In this document: positions 51,290-60,174 of the stretch, piece by piece | How the letters are laid out: each line of letters begins with the position of its first letter | How positions within the stretch are numbered: position 1 is the first letter of the stretch | Assembly: GCA_964518955.1 (NCBI GenBank) | Contig: CAZFHS010000029.1 | Location: 15,963 to 79,962 of the forward strand | Direction of reading: 5' to 3' | DNA: 64,000 bases | Source of the DNA: an uncultured Gemmatimonadaceae bacterium | GTDB lineage: Bacteria > Gemmatimonadota > Gemmatimonadetes > Gemmatimonadales > GWC2-71-9 | Position numbers and translations under genes: made by a program | Notes under the pieces: model-generated | The model's input: the letters and a program-made list of their open reading frames with translations, nothing else | Told to the model about the DNA's origin: nothing | Database searches by the model: none

Positions 51290-52894
51290 ATGAGCGCGGG
51301 CAATCAATTCTCTGCTCTTTGGAAGACTGAAGACTGGTGGGCTGTTTGGGTGGGCTTCGCGATCTTGGTCTTTGCGGTCTTAGTGGCTGGCATCGGCTAC
51401 GGCATCAAAGCACCCAAGGTGGAGCGGTGGACGAGCAGTCCGCTCGACGCGTTCTACAGCGACGTAACCGTCCGCGTGGTTGATTGGCCGGCAAACCTTC
51501 CGTCCGGCGTGTCATTCTCTTCTGAGCTTCCCAGTACAACTGTTACTCGCTTCAAATACACCCGCAAAGTTGGATATCAAGAGGGCCGCCGCACAGTATC
51601 AGAAACGATAGGATGGAAATCCCGCTATCAGATGAGCGACACAGACCGGGATGCACTTCTCGCGTTGGTCTCAGTGCCGGCCCACATAGACGCAATAGAC
51701 GACCTCTATGGAAGGGCGCAGTCACCGCGAGCAAACTTCCTGGCCATCGCGATCTTGCTAGTGGCAATGGGCGCAGCATTCGCTATCGCGGTACAGCACA
51801 TGGGTGAAAAGGGCAACACATTTTCCGCCGGATACGCAGTGGTGTTCGTCCTCTCTATTCTAGCCTACTTCCTATCAACCCAAACGTCGATCAGTGCGTA
51901 CGGGCTTCCATATGCCATGTGGGCACTGGTTTTCGGATTGCTGATCAGCAACACGATCGGGACGCCGGCGTGGCTGCTTGCGGGCTCAAAGACAGAGCTC
52001 TTCATCAAGACGGGACTGGTGCTCCTTGGCGCCGAGATCCTGTTCGCCAAAATAGTGGTGCTGGGAGCGCGAGGCCTGATGGTGGCATGGGTGGTGACAC
52101 CAACGGTTCTCATCTTCATGTACTTCTTTGGCACTCGATTCCTGAAGATGTCGAGCAAGGCCCTCGTTATTATCGTCGCAGCCGCAACGAGCGTGTGCGG
52201 AGTATCCGCCGCGATTGCCACCGCGGCTGCATGCAAAGCAAAGAAAGAAGAATTGACTCTCGCCGTTGGCATGACGCTCATCTTCACCGTTTTGATGATG
52301 GTCGGTATGCCTCCCATCATCAAAGCAGCCGGCATGAGCGAACAGGTAGGTGGTGCGTGGATGGGAGGCACCATCGACGCAACTGGAGCTGTTGTGGCCG
52401 CGGGAGCACTTCTCGGTGACAACGCAGAGGTGGTTGCCGCGGTTGTCAAGATGATTCAGAACATTCTGATCGGCGTGGTCGCCTTCTTCGTCGCAATCGC
52501 GTGGGTCACGAAGATCGATCGTGATCCCAATGCACCCCGACCAAGTGCGATGGAGATCTGGTATCGATTCCCGAAGTTCATCGTTGGATTCATTGCCGCA
52601 TCGTTGGTCTTCTCATTCATTCTCATTCCTGCCTTCGGCGGCGGCCAGGAGGGACTCAACGCCGTCGATCGAAACGTCATCGGTGCAATAACCAAGACGT
52701 GCCGTGGATGGCTCTTCTGTTTGGCGTTTGTGGCTATTGGCCTCGAGAGCAACTTCCGGCAACTGGCCTCACAAATGGCTGGGGGCAAACCGATAATTCT
52801 CTACTTAGTCGGGCAGAGTTTCAACCTAATTCTCACTCTACTCATAGCGTACATCGCATTCGGGGGATGGTTGCTGAATGCAGTAGTGCTATGA
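51290..52894 (+). CDS. YeiH/UPF0324-family membrane protein (putative sulfate-exporter-family transporter) with long N-terminal insertion
   Basis: Polytopic. C-terminal CLAFVAIGLESNFRQL...GGKPIILYLVG resembles the UPF0324 signature. About 110 aa of non-hydrophobic sequence sits between the first and second helix. Confidence 0.6.
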   Translation: MSAGNQFSALWKTEDWWAVWVGFAILVFAVLVAGIGYGIKAPKVERWTSSPLDAFYSDVTVRVVDWPANLPSGVSFSSELPSTTVTRFKYTRKVGYQEGRRTVSETIGWKSRYQMSDTDRDALLALVSVPAHIDAIDDLYGRAQSPRANFLAIAILLVAMGAAFAIAVQHMGEKGNTFSAGYAVVFVLSILAYFLSTQTSISAYGLPYAMWALVFGLLISNTIGTPAWLLAGSKTELFIKTGLVLLGAEILFAKIVVLGARGLMVAWVVTPTVLIFMYFFGTRFLKMSSKALVIIVAAATSVCGVSAAIATAAACKAKKEELTLAVGMTLIFTVLMMVGMPPIIKAAGMSEQVGGAWMGGTIDATGAVVAAGALLGDNAEVVAAVVKMIQNILIGVVAFFVAIAWVTKIDRDPNAPRPSAMEIWYRFPKFIVGFIAASLVFSFILIPAFGGGQEGLNAVDRNVIGAITKTCRGWLFCLAFVAIGLESNFRQLASQMAGGKPIILYLVGQSFNLILTLLIAYIAFGGWLLNAVVL

Positions 52895-53130
52895 GGAAAT
52901 GTAGAGAGATGAACGGAGAGTCACGCGTTTCGGTCGGTAGCATTAGTTGTGTGGCATGGGCAAAACTCGCAGTGGGCACTCTCGTGCTGACTGCGTTAGT
53001 GCTCCTGCTGATGCAGGGCTATGTGCCTCCAGGATCCACTGGGGAAGTGATCCGCAACAACCAGCGTAACGGTATCGATGCGACACCTCTCTTCTACACC
53101 GAATTGGAGACGGCCACGCCGCAGGACTAA
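52891..53130 (+). CDS. possible small membrane protein (79 aa)
   Basis: The ATG overlaps the stop of the transporter gene (ATGA). One hydrophobic helix (WAKLAVGTLVLTALVLLLM). No other support. Confidence 0.3.
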   Translation: MRKCREMNGESRVSVGSISCVAWAKLAVGTLVLTALVLLLMQGYVPPGSTGEVIRNNQRNGIDATPLFYTELETATPQD

Positions 53131-53228
53131 GCAACAAGTTGGCCACAACAGGACGGGCGCCTAGTCAATCCCACATGTGACTTGGCGCCCGTCTCGCTGC
53201 CGCTGCGAATCGCAGTTATGCCTCGTAC

Positions 53229-53480
53229 TTATTCCTCGGGTTCTCTGCGCCAGAACCTGAAGCCGCGACCGCGACCACGACCTCCTAAGCCAAGGCCTCT
53301 ACCGCCACCGCGCCCGCCCCAGCCAGCACCGCGGCCTCGTCCGAAGCCAAAGCCGAACCCGCCACCGCGACGAGGCCCCGACTCGGTGGACCCAGGTTCG
53401 TCGTTGCCGGCACAGTAACCCGCACCACGCCCGGTCCTCGGTCCCCTGCCCTCTGGGCCTGTCCTGTCACCACCAGGCAT
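53229..53480 (-). CDS. DUF5320 family protein with Gly/Arg-rich tail
   Basis: The MPGGDRTGPEGRGPRTGRGAGYCAG N-terminus is the family signature. Start ATG 53480 with SD GAAGGAGGTG. The tail reads GGGFGFGFGRGRGAGWGGRGGGRGLGLGGRGRGRGF. Confidence 0.7.
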   Translation of the reverse strand: MPGGDRTGPEGRGPRTGRGAGYCAGNDEPGSTESGPRRGGGFGFGFGRGRGAGWGGRGGGRGLGLGGRGRGRGFRFWRREPEE

Positions 53481-53495
53481 CTTACTCACCTCCTT

Positions 53496-53969
53496 CTAAG
53501 CTTGATCTTCCTTCTTGTGTGTCTTCCGCTCCTCACGCTTCATGGCAGAGAGGAGATTGTCTATTTCAGTTCGCGTTCTCACCAGGTCTTGCTTCCACGC
53601 GGTGACAACGTCTTCTCCATCTCCAGTCAGGGAGTAGACGCGGCGCCTTGGCCCGAGGCTCTCATCGCCCCACTGCGACTGAACCAAGCCCTCTTCCTCC
53701 ATGTCACGCAGGGCTCTGTAGACGACGCTAGGGTCCATACCTTCGGTGTTGATGCCGAGTTCCTCCAAACCCTGCAGGAGGTTATAGCCGTGGTCATTGT
53801 CACGGCGGAGCAACGTCAACAGCGCGGGTCGCAGGAAACCCATTCCCTGCCGACGGCGGCCACGACCTGCTCCTCTACCACCGCCTGCTCCTCTTCCCAT
53901 ACCTCTACCACCACCTGCACCTCCACCGCCGCCGGCACCTCTGCCCCTGCCTCTTCCGCCTGGACTCAT
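53496..53969 (-). CDS. PadR-family transcriptional regulator with Gly/Arg-rich N-terminal extension
   Basis: Winged-helix core LRPALLTLLRRDNDHGYNLLQGLEELG...PSVVYRALRDMEEEGLV. The N-terminal 40 aa are almost exclusively G/R. SD AAGGAGGGG. Confidence 0.75.
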   Translation of the reverse strand: MSPGGRGRGRGAGGGGGAGGGRGMGRGAGGGRGAGRGRRRQGMGFLRPALLTLLRRDNDHGYNLLQGLEELGINTEGMDPSVVYRALRDMEEEGLVQSQWGDESLGPRRRVYSLTGDGEDVVTAWKQDLVRTRTEIDNLLSAMKREERKTHKKEDQA

Positions 53970-54045
53970 GTCCCCTCCTTGCTAACAATGACTGCCGACT
54001 CGACTTCTATATTGCATTGCATTCTCAAGATACAACTACTATAGA

Positions 54046-54066
54046 TGTAATGTCAATAGCATTACA
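54046..54066. promoter_or_regulatory. inverted repeat TGTAATG-N7-CATTACA upstream of the PadR-like gene (candidate operator)
   Basis: Perfect 7-bp arms, about 80-95 nt upstream of the PadR ATG, in an AT-rich intergenic stretch. Confidence 0.35.
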
Positions 54067-54111
54067 AACGGATACGCTTTCGCTTGGCGACCGCCAGAAA
54101 CGTCTTGAGGG

Positions 54112-54915
54112 CTACACGAATGAACTCGGCCGAACGTGGACCCTCGCTTCCCTCACTCCCGAGACCGACCGGAGGAGCGAGCCGATCCTGCCCTGTATCT
54201 CGCCCTCCTGTTCAATTGGCCCTTCTGTATGAACGGTGACTGTCCCGTCCTCGGCAGCGACATCTCCGTCGGGGCACATATCGAATATCGTACTTCTAGC
54301 ACGCGCCGCTAATACGAGATTGTCTAGGGCTGTCTGAGATTTCGATGTCGTCCGGAAATGGGGCATCCTGGCCGTGTGGACAATGAGACTTACCGCATCA
54401 TCGACTGAAATCTTGCGGACGTGAATCACCAAGTCATAGAGGCTCGCGTCTGCAGTGTCGATACCGTAAAGCGCCAGCCCCCATTTACGGCGCTCGAAAT
54501 CGTCCTTCTTGAGAACGTGCCGAGCCTCATCTGCACTGATGCCTTCCCGTTCCATTTCCAGAGCGATGCGGTCATCTATGTCAGCAATGATCCGCACTTT
54601 GAGCGTGTGGCCAACACCCCTGAGGAAGAAGTGCCCGGCCAAACCGTGATAAACAGCGTTGTCATTGCGTACGTGCTCCAAAAACGCCTCCTCGATGTAG
54701 GTCACGAATTTCCTCTTGCCATTCGTGAATCGCTCCAGCGTTTTTGGCGCGTCGTGCAACGCTCGCGCCAGCTTGATCTCAGGCACATTGAAGTGTTCTG
54801 AAGCTTCGAGTAGGACCTCACGAGACACACATTCGTATTCGAGTTCCTTCGCAACCTTTTCAGCAATCTCCTTCCCTTTGCTGTAGGATCCCCGTGATAT
54901 CGTGATGACGGCCAT
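54112..54915 (-). CDS. cytidylate-kinase-like family protein (P-loop-less AAA_33/Cytidylate_kin2 type) with C-terminal extra domain
   Basis: MAVITISRGSYSKGKEIAEKVAKELEYECVSREVL and the central RIIADIDDRI...YGID...YDLVI pattern typical of this family. Confidence 0.6.
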   Translation of the reverse strand: MAVITISRGSYSKGKEIAEKVAKELEYECVSREVLLEASEHFNVPEIKLARALHDAPKTLERFTNGKRKFVTYIEEAFLEHVRNDNAVYHGLAGHFFLRGVGHTLKVRIIADIDDRIALEMEREGISADEARHVLKKDDFERRKWGLALYGIDTADASLYDLVIHVRKISVDDAVSLIVHTARMPHFRTTSKSQTALDNLVLAARARSTIFDMCPDGDVAAEDGTVTVHTEGPIEQEGEIQGRIGSLLRSVSGVREARVHVRPSSFV

Positions 54916-54966
54916 TGAAAACCCTCCTGCTATGCCTGTTGTGGCATTTCGTCCCCGGACCTCACA

Positions 54967-55266
54967 CTAGTACTGGCGCTCGATGTAAATGTGTTGACAC
55001 TCCGAGTCGCCAGCCGTTCCGAGTAGTTGATTTCCGGACCTCTCTGCCCATGCTTTCAATTCCTCAGCCATCTTGGGATCTGAGATTTTGACTTCGAGTA
55101 TTTGGCCAGGTTCTACTGCAAGCATACACAGCACTATCTCTCGCTCTGCCTGCTCGGCCGAGAGTAACCGAACGTCCACTTCACAATCGGCATATAATGG
55201 ACTGACTGTTGCTGCCACGTGCCCCCCCTTATTCGAGCCCCGGCGCAGCAGTTGCTGACGCCACAA
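54967..55266 (-). CDS. small protein with possible TusA/SirA-like fold lacking the CPxP cysteine (tentative)
   Basis: ...VDVRLLSAEQAEREIVLCMLAVEPGQILEVKISDPKMAEELKAWAERSGNQLL parallels the TusA layout, but the catalytic Cys-Pro is absent. Start uncertain. Confidence 0.3.
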   Translation of the reverse strand: MWRQQLLRRGSNKGGHVAATVSPLYADCEVDVRLLSAEQAEREIVLCMLAVEPGQILEVKISDPKMAEELKAWAERSGNQLLGTAGDSECQHIYIERQY

Positions 55267-55442
55267 CTACACTAAGCAGAGGCAGATCGGTCAGACATTC
55301 GCAATTGCCATTAGAATCACTGCGGAAAATACGGATCTTGCGAAATCGCTGGTTGTCTGTTCGATATCCGTGGGTCACTACGTGACCCTCGCGCCAGTAT
55401 GTGCACGGCGGCCCCTTTGGAATGCACCTAGGAGATGAGTGT

Positions 55443-56174
55443 ATGGCGATATTAGATGATTTGCTGGTCTCGTTGGAAATGAATGCACCGGTCAGGGACA
55501 TCAGCCTCGGTTTGTTTCATACTGGTGTCCTCACGCGCAATTGTGGGCTGGCCTCTACGCTTCCGCGCGATGCCTTGAAGGAGAGACCACTATTCCATCC
55601 CCTCGTTCAAGAGGCCGGCTTTCTGTTGGATAAGTCGGCAGAAGAACTCACCCAACTCGCGTACTCAGACAACCTGCCGGAAGCCACCATCGGGATGGCG
55701 ACCGTGAATTCCCTCATCGACGTCGACGAGGCACGGTGCACCGAACTGAACGCTGGGGACCTGATAGCCGAGAAAGGCAATGGAAAGAAGGTAGCAATCG
55801 TAGGCCATTTCCCATTCGTCCCCAAAATGCGGGAAATCGCTGGAGAGTTGTGGGTGATCGAGAAGAATCCGGAAGAGGGGGATCTCGAGGAAGCAGCGGG
55901 ACAGCAAGTCTTGCCTGATGCTGACGTCGTCGGCATAACCGGTGCGACCTTGACCAACCACACATTCGACGAGGTGATTGGTCTATGCCGTTCGGATGCG
56001 TACGTGGTGTTGCTCGGTGACTCGACCCCGCTTTCGCCGGTGCTATTCGACCACGGCGTCGATGCGGTAGCAGGTACCCTGGTAACCGATGCCGAGCTGG
56101 CATTGCGTTGTGTAAGCCAAGGGGCAACGTTCCGCCAGATCAAAGGGAGGCGGTTGTTGACGATGACGAGGTAA
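55443..56174 (+). CDS. DUF4213/DUF364 (putative heavy-metal-chelation Rossmann-like) protein
   Basis: MAILDDLLVSL...VRDISLGLFHTGVLTRNCGLAST and KKVAIVGHFPFV, typical of the family. Start at ATG 55443 preferred over the track start. Confidence 0.65.
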   Translation: MAILDDLLVSLEMNAPVRDISLGLFHTGVLTRNCGLASTLPRDALKERPLFHPLVQEAGFLLDKSAEELTQLAYSDNLPEATIGMATVNSLIDVDEARCTELNAGDLIAEKGNGKKVAIVGHFPFVPKMREIAGELWVIEKNPEEGDLEEAAGQQVLPDADVVGITGATLTNHTFDEVIGLCRSDAYVVLLGDSTPLSPVLFDHGVDAVAGTLVTDAELALRCVSQGATFRQIKGRRLLTMTR

Positions 56175-56200
56175 CATAACGACAGAAATGAGATAACACC

Positions 56201-57130
56201 TTGACGCTAGCCGCAATCATCCTGTTTGCAGTCATCGCCACAGTCGCGATGGACCTCACCATCAAGCGGGTGTACCGATACCACAAGAAGCCGCATGAGA
56301 CAACGCCGGCTGCGCATGATATCCCGTTCGAGGAGATCCGAATCCCCACCGCAAATAACCGCAAGCTCTACGGATGGTGGATCCCAGCGAACCACGGATC
56401 GTCCCGTTCCAACTCCACCATGATTCTGGCTCACGGTTGGGGTCGGAACCTGGAACGGATGATGCCATACGTAATGAGGCTCCATCCCCTGGGGTACAAC
56501 CTCGTAGCATTCGATCTCCGCAGCCACGGCAGCAGCGACCAGGATACGTACCCCAACATGCTCAAGTTCTCGGAGGACATACTGGCGACGGTCGATTTCC
56601 TATCGGCAACAGACCCTCAGCGCACGGTCAACATTGGGGTAGTGGGGCTCTCGGTCGGTGGTGGTGCCGCAATACACGCCGCTGCTAAGGACGAACGCAT
56701 TGGAGTTGCTGTCACGATCGGGGCGATTGCGCATCCGGCAGACGTAATGAGAACCGAATTCGGCAAGAGGCACCTGCCCTACTTCCCGGTGGGATGGCTG
56801 ATGCTGATGTACCTACAACTCAGGACAGGGGTGAACTTTGGCCGCATTGCTCCGGTGAACGTGATCCCCACGGCGACAGCTAAGATCTTCCTGATCCACG
56901 GCGATCGGGATATGGTCGTTCCGGTCGAGGAAGGGAAACGACTATTGCGCGCGGGAAACCCTGACTCAGTACAACTCTGGGCCGTTCCCGACAAGGGACA
57001 TAGCGACTGCAACGATCACCCCGAGTTCTGGGAACGAGTCGGTTCCTTCCTCAAAGATTCGTTCCCTGCAGAGAGCACTGCCCATTCGCCTACGTATTCC
57101 CCGCAGTGGCATCGTGGGAAGTGCGAATAG
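56201..57130 (+). CDS. alpha/beta hydrolase with N-terminal membrane anchor
   Basis: N-terminal hydrophobic helix. HGWG oxyanion context. Nucleophile elbow GLSVGGG. IHGDRD and GH near the C-terminus. Confidence 0.8.
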   Translation: MTLAAIILFAVIATVAMDLTIKRVYRYHKKPHETTPAAHDIPFEEIRIPTANNRKLYGWWIPANHGSSRSNSTMILAHGWGRNLERMMPYVMRLHPLGYNLVAFDLRSHGSSDQDTYPNMLKFSEDILATVDFLSATDPQRTVNIGVVGLSVGGGAAIHAAAKDERIGVAVTIGAIAHPADVMRTEFGKRHLPYFPVGWLMLMYLQLRTGVNFGRIAPVNVIPTATAKIFLIHGDRDMVVPVEEGKRLLRAGNPDSVQLWAVPDKGHSDCNDHPEFWERVGSFLKDSFPAESTAHSPTYSPQWHRGKCE

Positions 57131-57299
57131 AGGCCGTGTGGCGACTTAGCTAGTCTCACCTGTCAGCCATTGCTCAGCTTGTATCACGACATGGAACAAC
57201 GCTGAACTCCAACCTCGTCGCCATGAGTTGGCCATGTTTGCTGGGCTCCGGCTGACACTCTCTTACGTGTCCAAGCAAAGCAGATCACTGGAGCAAGGT

Positions 57300-58235
57300 A
57301 TGTCACCGGATTCCGAACGACCCTCCGCTGTGGTCGACCATCCACAGCAGCGAACAGACACAGCAGACTTATGTGGTACCTGCGACAGTAGCTCGTGCAC
57401 TGCGAAACAAAGGCGCACAGGTGAGTCGGACAAAGACTTTGAGGAGCGGCAGAAGCTGGAGAACCGGCTCTGTGCCATCAAACACAAAATCCTCGTGCTT
57501 TCAGGAAAGGGAGGTGTGGGCAAGAGCACTGTGGCAGTGAACCTCGCTGTCTCACTCGCACGATCAGGAAACAAGGTCGGTCTGCTAGACGTCGACGTAC
57601 ATGGACCGAGCATTCCCACCCTTCTCGGAATGACCGGTCACCGCCCGGAGGGTGACGGCCAGAATCTACTACCGATCCACATGACCAAGAACCTCTCGGT
57701 CATGTCCATCGGGCTCTTGGTGGAAGACCAGAATGCCGCGGTCATTTGGCGTGGCCCCATGAAGTACGGAATGATTCGCCAATTCCTGCGGGATGTGGCC
57801 TGGGGTGAGTTGGACTATCTCGTAATGGATGCACCGCCCGGAACCGGTGACGAGCCTCTTGCTGTTGCGGAATTGGTTGGCTCGGGAACGGGGGCAGTGA
57901 TCGTGACTACGCCACAGGACCTGGCGATCGCAGATGTGCGGCGCAGCGTGTCGTTCTGCAGAGATGTATCGCTCCCTGTATTTGGGATCATTGAGAACAT
58001 GAGCGGTTTTGCATGTCCCAAATGCGGGGACGTAGTAAACATCTTCAATGCCGGAGGCGGCGCAAAGCTCGCCCGGGAGATGCACGTTCCCTTCTTGGGA
58101 ACAATCCCAATCGATCCAACGATCGCAGCATCAGGTGATGCCGGTACTCCGTTCATCGAAGCAGACACCGAGCCTGCAGTTACATCTGCGTTCACCGAAG
58201 TTGCATCAGCCATAACTGATCAAATCAGTAGCTGA
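57300..58235 (+). CDS. Mrp/NBP35/ApbC-family Fe-S cluster carrier ATPase with Cys-containing N-terminal extension
   Basis: VLSGKGGVGKSTVAVNLA deviant Walker A and the CPKCG cluster-ligand motif. N-terminal CGTCDSSSC. Start ATG 57300 after GGAGCAAGG. Confidence 0.9.
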   Translation: MSPDSERPSAVVDHPQQRTDTADLCGTCDSSSCTAKQRRTGESDKDFEERQKLENRLCAIKHKILVLSGKGGVGKSTVAVNLAVSLARSGNKVGLLDVDVHGPSIPTLLGMTGHRPEGDGQNLLPIHMTKNLSVMSIGLLVEDQNAAVIWRGPMKYGMIRQFLRDVAWGELDYLVMDAPPGTGDEPLAVAELVGSGTGAVIVTTPQDLAIADVRRSVSFCRDVSLPVFGIIENMSGFACPKCGDVVNIFNAGGGAKLAREMHVPFLGTIPIDPTIAASGDAGTPFIEADTEPAVTSAFTEVASAITDQISS

Positions 58236-58296
58236 AAAGGCCAGCCTCGATCATGAAACGAGTTTCGTAGCCGGTGAATACACCTCGGATATCAAA

Positions 58297-58893
58297 ATGG
58301 CGAAAAAAGCGAAGAAGGCACGCTGCAGCCTCTGCAATAAGCACGAATGCAAACACGACCAGAAGGACTGCTTCGATTCGAGAGAGACACACCTCGCCGT
58401 GTACGACGAGCAGACCAAACATCTCCACAGGGCCGCAACCGCGATCGAGGGCAGGCATTACTGCCAGGCGCCGAGGCTTCAGGAAATCATGTTGTTCGCC
58501 AAAGAGGCAGGATTCCGGAAACTCGGCCTGGCGTTCTGTATCGGGCTGGCAGACGAGGCTCGCGTCATCGACCAGACCCTGGCGAAAGAATTCGAGATCG
58601 TTTCCGTTTGCTGCAAGCTTTCTGCGATTGACAAGCGCACACTCGACCTGGAGCAGATAGACTCAGATGCAGAAGAGGTAATGTGCAATCCTGCGGGCCA
58701 GGCCGAGATCCTCAACCGTGCCGGAACCGAATTGAATATCATTTGCGGTCTATGCGTCGGTCATGACGCGATCTTCTCAATGAAATCGGATGCACCAGTG
58801 ACCACGCTGATAGCCAAAGATCGGGTTCTAGCGCACAACCCGATCGGGGCAGTATACAATCAGTATGTGAGGAAGCGTTTCTTCGAGCAGTAG
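58297..58893 (+). CDS. DUF1847 family metal-binding protein
   Basis: N-terminal CSLCNKHECKHDQKDC and the ICGLCVGHDAIF...APVTTLIAKDRVLAHNP block that I associate with DUF1847. Confidence 0.65.
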   Translation: MAKKAKKARCSLCNKHECKHDQKDCFDSRETHLAVYDEQTKHLHRAATAIEGRHYCQAPRLQEIMLFAKEAGFRKLGLAFCIGLADEARVIDQTLAKEFEIVSVCCKLSAIDKRTLDLEQIDSDAEEVMCNPAGQAEILNRAGTELNIICGLCVGHDAIFSMKSDAPVTTLIAKDRVLAHNPIGAVYNQYVRKRFFEQ

Positions 58894-58905
58894 CCGATCA
58901 GGCGA

Positions 58906-59817
58906 TCAGAACTTGAGGCTCATGCCGGCTGGACACGTCCGACCGTGCTGTCCAAACGCCTTTGCGAAGGCCAGAAACCCTCGAGCTCCGGTACAATGCC
59001 CTACGTAGGCATATCTGATACCGAAGCGCTCCTTGGCCACCATGACATTCTCCTGCAACGTGATGTAGTCGGCTCGCGCGAGATGCGTGCCTCCAATTAT
59101 GGCGTGAATATCGCAGGAGAATGTAGCCTGGATGTGCTCCAGAGTGTTTACCAAGCCTGCATGGCAGCATCCGAGGAGGACGACAGCGCCATGGCGGCCC
59201 ATCAAGACGAGTGACTGATCGTCCAAGAGCGGGTCTGCGACTACCTCATTCCCCTGTTTGATCAAGAGTCTGGCATCACGTGGCTCCGACCCGTTGCCTC
59301 TCGGAATCTGGCCCGTAGTGTATATGGCGGGCGCAACCTCAACAGGATCTCTCGTCAAACGCAGTCGGCAGTTGGACTCGAGGTATTCCCGTCTGAGTGG
59401 CATTCCGATCTCTTTGTTCACTCCGGATTCTGTACGAGCCAAACGTTCATCGAATATGGCCGGGTGGGCGAAGAGTTCGACATCACCAGCAAGCGTTAGT
59501 ACTCGCTCCAGCCCTCCGGTGTGATCATAGTGACCATGGCTCAAGACTACGCCGGACAGATCTTTCAGGTTTTTTTCCAACACTGAGAGGTTATGTGCCA
59601 GTACATCTCCAGACTGACCGGTATCAAACAGAACTTTGGTTTCAGCCCGTTCTACCAGGAACGCCGAACCATGTTCGGCCCACAGTCCCGACCTGAGATC
59701 GGCGGTGTTGTCAACTAGACAGGTAACGCCGATTTCGGGCGCGTGTTCGAGATCACGTTGAATGTCGTTCAACTTTTCCTCATCCATGCAAAACTTGATG
59801 TTTATCCTCCCAGCCAC
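58906..59817 (-). CDS. MBL-fold metallo-hydrolase
   Basis: VVLSHGHYDHTGG metal-binding motif, plus downstream CCHAG and HC..A motifs. Confidence 0.8.
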   Translation of the reverse strand: MAGRINIKFCMDEEKLNDIQRDLEHAPEIGVTCLVDNTADLRSGLWAEHGSAFLVERAETKVLFDTGQSGDVLAHNLSVLEKNLKDLSGVVLSHGHYDHTGGLERVLTLAGDVELFAHPAIFDERLARTESGVNKEIGMPLRREYLESNCRLRLTRDPVEVAPAIYTTGQIPRGNGSEPRDARLLIKQGNEVVADPLLDDQSLVLMGRHGAVVLLGCCHAGLVNTLEHIQATFSCDIHAIIGGTHLARADYITLQENVMVAKERFGIRYAYVGHCTGARGFLAFAKAFGQHGRTCPAGMSLKF

Positions 59818-60174
59818 TCTCGCTTTTCTCGGCTGCTAAGAAGGTACTGTAGGGACGTAGCATGCCGAATCTCGACGATACCAAATGGTAATATCCAGAC
59901 CGGCCGGAACGACAGAATCGCCGTCCCGATACGAATCATGTGGAAATACTGGCATTTTTATGGGTTCGGCGAAATCAGGAGATCCACGTGCGGCCTAACG
60001 GGCAATACGTATATCTCGACTGTTGATCACAACCGCACAGGCAATCGCAAAACGGCGGTGGGTCGCCACTGCTTAGGTGTTATCCGCAAGCAGCTGCGGA
60101 AAGCCCTGATTACGTGAGCCTGAGCACCCTCGTATCCTGACAACAGCAACTCACGTCGTCAGGAGGACAAGACT

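Noticed and set aside
51865-52449. 194-aa minus-strand ORF
   Set aside because: It is antisense to the YeiH-like transporter. Its Ala/Thr/Pro-rich translation mirrors the Gly/Ala/Val-rich helices of the real gene.
53182-53418. Pro/Arg/Lys-rich 78-aa plus-strand ORF (PRPRPPKPRPLPPPRPP...)
   Set aside because: It is the mirror image of the Gly/Arg tail of the DUF5320 gene on the minus strand. That gene has a family-specific N-terminus and a strong SD.
59818-60111. Long intergenic region upstream of 60175 as a riboswitch or small RNA
   Set aside because: I could not match it to any riboswitch consensus I know (c-di-GMP, Moco, SAM, TPP and others). It has no conserved-looking core, and only the SD-proximal hairpins are reported.
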